From NCBI GenBank assembly GCA_022711355.1, contig JAKLFE010000007.1:17776-81775 (forward strand): a stretch of DNA of 64,000 nt, written 5' to 3'. Both the position numbers and the translations under genes were made by a program. Positions 60,490 through 64,000 of this stretch are shown in pieces. Position 1 is the stretch's first letter. The number at the start of each line of letters is the position of its first letter. The DNA comes from Spirochaetota bacterium. GTDB lineage: Bacteria; Spirochaetota; Spirochaetia; Treponematales; Rectinemataceae. Under the pieces are notes generated by a model. The model had not been told where the DNA came from, did no database searches, and saw nothing but the letters and a program-made list of their open reading frames with translations.

Positions 60490-60981
60490 TTAATTCCTCT
60501 TTGGCGGGACGGCCCCAGGGCTGGCATCGGCCTCGCGATTCGAGACAAGGGGATTCTTGCCAAGCCTCGTCTTAAGCTTGCAGGCGCATTGGCCGGAGAG
60601 CTCGTAAGAAGGATCCTTCCGCAGCGGCAAGCCCTCCGCGTCCCAGTCTATCATGCCGCCCGAGAGCTTCGCGACGTTCGCATACCCCGCGCCGGCGAGG
60701 AGCCTCGCCGCTTCGCGGCAGTAGATGCCGGCGGCGTCGGCGAGTATCAAGGGCCGGTCGCGCGGGAGGGCTCGGTACGAAGACGGGAAGCGGGACCAGG
60801 GGACATACAGCGCCTCCTCGACGTCGAAGACGCGGAAGCCGGTCTCGTAAGCCTCGCGAAGATCGACGAGGATCGCCCCCCGCGACAGGTACGCCAGGGC
60901 CTCGGCCGGCGAGAGATTGAGGACGCCCTCGACGCGAGGGAGGGTGCCGGGACACAAGGCGAAATCGATTCCCCCATCCAT
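60490..60981 (-). CDS. Rhodanese-domain protein (single-domain sulfurtransferase/Cdc25-like). Possible ars-associated reductase.
   Basis: Rhodanese fold with catalytic Cys in …AAGIYCREAARL…. Additional C-terminal CxC (SGQCACK). Sits between arsC and ACR3. Confidence 0.55.
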   Translation of the reverse strand: MDGGIDFALCPGTLPRVEGVLNLSPAEALAYLSRGAILVDLREAYETGFRVFDVEEALYVPWSRFPSSYRALPRDRPLILADAAGIYCREAARLLAGAGYANVAKLSGGMIDWDAEGLPLRKDPSYELSGQCACKLKTRLGKNPLVSNREADASPGAVPPKRN

Positions 60982-61005
60982 CGGCGAGCTCCTTCCGGGG
61001 GCCGC

Positions 61006-62097
61006 TCAGCCCCCGGTCCGGGATGGCGCCGCCGCGGGCGAGGGCTCGGCCGCGGCGGGGAACCTCGACCTGGTCGCCCGCGCGATCTTGACGAGGCTCA
61101 GCATCACCGGCACCTCGACGAGGACGCCGACGACGGTGGCGAGGGCGGCTCCCGAGGAGAGCCCGAAGAGGCTCACCGCGACGGCCACGGCGAGCTCGAA
61201 GAAGTTCGAGGCGCCGATCATGCCGGCGGGCGCTGCCACCTCGTAGGGAACCTTCCAGGCCTTGGCCCATCCGTAGCCGATGAAGAATATGAAGTACGTC
61301 TGAATGACGAGCGGAATGGCGATGAGCACGATGGCTAGGGGATTTGCGAGGATTACGCGGCCCTGGAAGGCGAAGAGGATGACGAGGGTCAGGAGCAACC
61401 CAGCCTCCGTTATGCCGTCGAACTTCTTGAGGAAGACGCCCTCGAACCACTCCTTGCCTCGGCGCTTAATCAAGCGAGAGCGGGTGATCGCCCCGAAGCC
61501 GAGGGGAATGACGACGAAAAGCGCGACGGACAGGAGCAGGGTGTTCCAGGGGACGCGCACATCGCTGACGCCCAGGAGGAAGGCGACGATGGGCGTGAAG
61601 GCGAAGAGGATGACGAGGTCGTTCACCGCGACCTGGACTACCGTGTAGCCGGCGTCGCCATCCGAGAGATAGGACCAGACGAAGACCATGGCGGTGCAGG
61701 GAGCGGCGCCGAGAAGGACGGCGCCCGCAAGATACTCGGTGGAAAGCTCCCCCGGTATCAGGGCTTTGAAGACGGCCTTCAAGAAGAAGGCGGCGATGAG
61801 GTACATCGTGAAGGGCTTGATGAGCCAGTTCACCGCGAGGGTGATGACGAGGCCCTTGGGCTTGCGGCCCGCGTTCTTTACGCTCGTGAAGTCCACCTTG
61901 AGCATCATGGGGTAGATCATGAGCCAGATGAGGATCGCCACCGGGATGGAGACCTTGGCATATTCAAACCGACCGAGGAAGGCCGGCACGCCGGGCAGGA
62001 AATAGCCGATGGCCACGCCGAGGGCGATGCAGAGAGCGACCCATAATGACAGGTACTTGGCGAAAAAACCGATGCCGGGCTTCTGGCTCTCACTCAT
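61006..62097 (-). CDS. arsB: Arsenite efflux transporter, ACR3 family
   Basis: …YPMMLKVDF… and the 10-TM BART-superfamily pattern, 363 aa. Confidence 0.85.
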   Translation of the reverse strand: MSESQKPGIGFFAKYLSLWVALCIALGVAIGYFLPGVPAFLGRFEYAKVSIPVAILIWLMIYPMMLKVDFTSVKNAGRKPKGLVITLAVNWLIKPFTMYLIAAFFLKAVFKALIPGELSTEYLAGAVLLGAAPCTAMVFVWSYLSDGDAGYTVVQVAVNDLVILFAFTPIVAFLLGVSDVRVPWNTLLLSVALFVVIPLGFGAITRSRLIKRRGKEWFEGVFLKKFDGITEAGLLLTLVILFAFQGRVILANPLAIVLIAIPLVIQTYFIFFIGYGWAKAWKVPYEVAAPAGMIGASNFFELAVAVAVSLFGLSSGAALATVVGVLVEVPVMLSLVKIARATRSRFPAAAEPSPAAAPSRTGG

Positions 62098-62164
62098 GGA
62101 AGCTCCTTTCTACTCGTTGACAGGAAGGCGGTCAGCCGCTATATTATTGGCGTTATGACCAAGT

Positions 62165-62572
62165 ATGTCAAGCTATTATTGGTGCTTCCGCCAACAAGTC
62201 GCCCTGGCGGGACGAATGACGGAAGGCGATAGGCAGAGACTGGCGCGGAGGGCCGCCATGCTCAAGTCGCTGGCCCACCCTTCCCGCCTGCTCATCATCG
62301 AGATGCTCGAAGAGGCGCCTCGCTGCGTCGGCGAGCTGACGGAAGCTATCGGAGCGGATATCACCACCGTCTCGAAGCACCTCGCCGTCTTGAAGCGCGC
62401 GGGGCTCGTGCGTGACGAGAAGCATGGCACCTATAGCGAGTACACCTTAGTCTGCGACTGCGTATCGCACATGATCGACTGCATAGAAGGCGGCATGGGT
62501 TCGGGAGATGCCGGGCCTATGAAAGGCGAAACCGTTCCGAGGCGAAAGAAAGCCTGTAAGGCTTCCCGATAA
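62165..62572 (+). CDS. arsR: ArsR/SmtB-family metalloregulator (C-terminal Cys cluster type)
   Basis: HTH …LAHPSRLLIIEML…CVGELTEAIG…VSKHLAVLKRAGLV… and C-terminal Cys cluster LVCDCVSHMIDC. The true start may be the Met at 62216 (MTEGDRQRLA…). Confidence 0.7.
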   Translation: MSSYYWCFRQQVALAGRMTEGDRQRLARRAAMLKSLAHPSRLLIIEMLEEAPRCVGELTEAIGADITTVSKHLAVLKRAGLVRDEKHGTYSEYTLVCDCVSHMIDCIEGGMGSGDAGPMKGETVPRRKKACKASR

Positions 62573-62638
62573 GGCGTCCAGCCATCGCTGCGCCACCGGG
62601 GTTGCGCTCGATCCTCGCGCTCAAGAGCGGGGCCCGGG

Positions 62639-63337
62639 TTATAGCAGCTGCGCGATCCCCGCGACTGCGACGATCGCTCCCATCAGCCTTTTAAACCAAA
62701 CGGCCGCGAGGCCTGTCCCCCTCTTGCGGAGCATGGCCCCGACGAAATCTCCGAGTCCTCCGGCCGCGACGATAGCCGTCGTGTGACCGACCGCGTAAAG
62801 AGCCATGAGAGAAGCGCCATAGGCTACCTCTGCGGTACCCGCAGCGAAGACGAAACCGAGCATAGGCGCCAGGAAGGCGAAGGAGCAGGGGCCCAAGACG
62901 ACACCGTAGACGAGGCCGAGGACGAGCGCGCCCAACGGGCCTCGGCGCACGCCCTGCTTCACCGAGAAGGAAGGCGTTAGGCGGGATAGGGGCGGGATGT
63001 CCATGAGCCATAGACCGCACAGGATAAGGAAAATCGCTACGCTGATGCGGGCCGCAGGGCCGATATCGCCTAGGATCCGCCCCGCGAGGCTCGTCGCGAC
63101 GCCGATGATGGCGAGCATGACGAGAAGACCTATCGCAAAAATGAAGGAATAGCCGAAGGCCCTCCTCCGGTCAGGCCGCTCTCCATTGTTGATGTAGGCT
63201 ACGATTAGCGGGATGGAACCGAGGTGACAGGGGCTCAAGAGCACGCTCAGGAGCCCCCAGAGCGCCGCGGCGCCGAAGGCAGGCGCGGAAGGCCGCGAGA
63301 AGGCCGCGCTGATCGACGCGACGAGGGAGTCGATCAC
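62639..63337 (-). CDS. ccdA: CcdA/DsbD-family transmembrane thiol-disulfide electron transporter
   Basis: 6-TM protein with the two conserved Cys in TM1 (LSPCHLGSIP) and TM4 (LGPCSFAF). Overlaps the upstream thioredoxin-like gene. Confidence 0.7.
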   Translation of the reverse strand: MIDSLVASISAAFSRPSAPAFGAAALWGLLSVLLSPCHLGSIPLIVAYINNGERPDRRRAFGYSFIFAIGLLVMLAIIGVATSLAGRILGDIGPAARISVAIFLILCGLWLMDIPPLSRLTPSFSVKQGVRRGPLGALVLGLVYGVVLGPCSFAFLAPMLGFVFAAGTAEVAYGASLMALYAVGHTTAIVAAGGLGDFVGAMLRKRGTGLAAVWFKRLMGAIVAVAGIAQLL

Positions 63338-63708
63338 GGCTTGACTCCGCCCTTCGCGAGAACCTTAACCAGCTCCTCTTCGGGGAAGAATCCCTCGTGC
63401 CGGTAGTACTCTTTGCCGTCCTTATCCAGGAATACCTGGGTCGGTATGACCCTGATGCGGTACTGCTGGCCGTAGGGCGCCCCCTCCTTGGTCCAGACGT
63501 CGTAGAACAGAACGCTGACCTGGTCGGGGTACTTCTTTCGGATGGATTCCATGACGGGCTGCATGGCCTTGCAGGGGATGCAGTTCACCGAGCCGAGCTC
63601 GATGAAGGTGACGACGGGCTTAGCCGGAGCGGAGGGATTTCCCCAGGCCCCGCTCGCGGCCAGGCAGGCCAGGACGACCGCCGCGAGATATGTCCTGATG
63701 CCGCTCAA
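63334..63708 (-). CDS. Periplasmic thioredoxin-family protein (CxxC = CIPC) with signal peptide
   Basis: Signal peptide (…VLACLAASGAWG), then a thioredoxin fold with …SVNCIPCKAM…. Confidence 0.7.
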   Translation of the reverse strand: MSGIRTYLAAVVLACLAASGAWGNPSAPAKPVVTFIELGSVNCIPCKAMQPVMESIRKKYPDQVSVLFYDVWTKEGAPYGQQYRIRVIPTQVFLDKDGKEYYRHEGFFPEEELVKVLAKGGVKP

Positions 63709-63741
63709 GGTGTCCTCCTCTTTTTCGCGAGAGAATAAGCG

Positions 63742-64000
63742 TTAGGCGATTGCGCCGAAGGCCAGGCCGGCGCAGGCCGAGAGGACGACGACGAGGCCGA
63801 CGTAGACGAGGGTCTTCCTCCAGCCGAGCTCGCCGGCGATCACGAGGATCGAGGGCAGCGAGAGGCTCGGCCCCGCCAGGAGAAGGGCCAGGGCCGGGCC
63901 CTGCCCCATGCCCGCGCCCAGGAGCCCCTGGACGATGGGTATTTCAGTCAACGTCGCGAAGTACATCAGGGCTCCCGCGAGGGAGGCGACGAAGTTCGCG
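63742..64000 (-). CDS. C-terminal part of a second DUF318/ArsP-like permease. The gene continues beyond the window end.
   Basis: The minus-strand ORF is open to the window edge. Its C-terminal TM segment (…LLAGPSLSLPSILVIAGELGWRKTL…) resembles the C-terminus of the 58981 permease. Confidence 0.4.
   Translation of the reverse strand, partial: ANFVASLAGALMYFATLTEIPIVQGLLGAGMGQGPALALLLAGPSLSLPSILVIAGELGWRKTLVYVGLVVVLSACAGLAFGAIA

Overview
High-GC (~70%) bacterial chromosome segment from a diderm, LPS-producing organism (LptD present), apparently an anaerobe. It carries tungsten-type AOR, IOR and HgcAB, and uses sigma-54 regulation. Coding density is high, and many adjacent genes overlap by ATGA/TGATG junctions that suggest translational coupling.

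Layout, left to right:
- 1.9-9.1 kb: an aromatic amino-acid biosynthesis supercluster (DAHP synthase-aroB-aroC-pheA-tyrA, convergent aroA, aroK-aroQ).
- 9.2-23.8 kb: gdhA, then a minus-strand housekeeping block (uvrA, lptD-like, phoH/ybeZ, 7TM-HD, ybeY, corC, TPR protein).
- 23.9-30.8 kb: a sigma-54 activator (GAF-PAS), a sigma-54 promoter, an aldehyde:ferredoxin oxidoreductase with an apparent homopolymer frameshift, an unknown ORF, MoaD- and MoeB-like genes, and a convergent Cmo-like radical-SAM/SPASM gene.
- 31.0-38.1 kb: a 7-gene operon (YtrA-like GntR, SPFH, MacB/Lol-like ABC ATPase, two FtsX permeases, a LolA-like protein, an outer-membrane beta-barrel).
- 38.2-46.6 kb: ychF, an aminotransferase, an orphan HWE/HisKA_2 histidine kinase, and coaX with an ECF transporter (S, T, fused A).
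- 46.8-54.8 kb: a PrpR-like sigma-54 activator, a sigma-54 promoter, iorA-iorB, ADP-forming acyl-CoA synthetase and an aminotransferase (the aromatic amino-acid fermentation route).
- 54.9-64.0 kb: a metal(loid) locus with a MATE efflux pump, the mercury-methylation pair hgcA-hgcB preceded by a Cys-containing MarR regulator, a divergent Cys-rich ECF sigma with an ArsP-like permease, arsC, rhodanese, ACR3, arsR, and CcdA plus a periplasmic thioredoxin.

No rRNA, tRNA, CRISPR array or obvious transposase was seen. Many long ORFs on opposite strands or alternate frames are high-GC artefacts.
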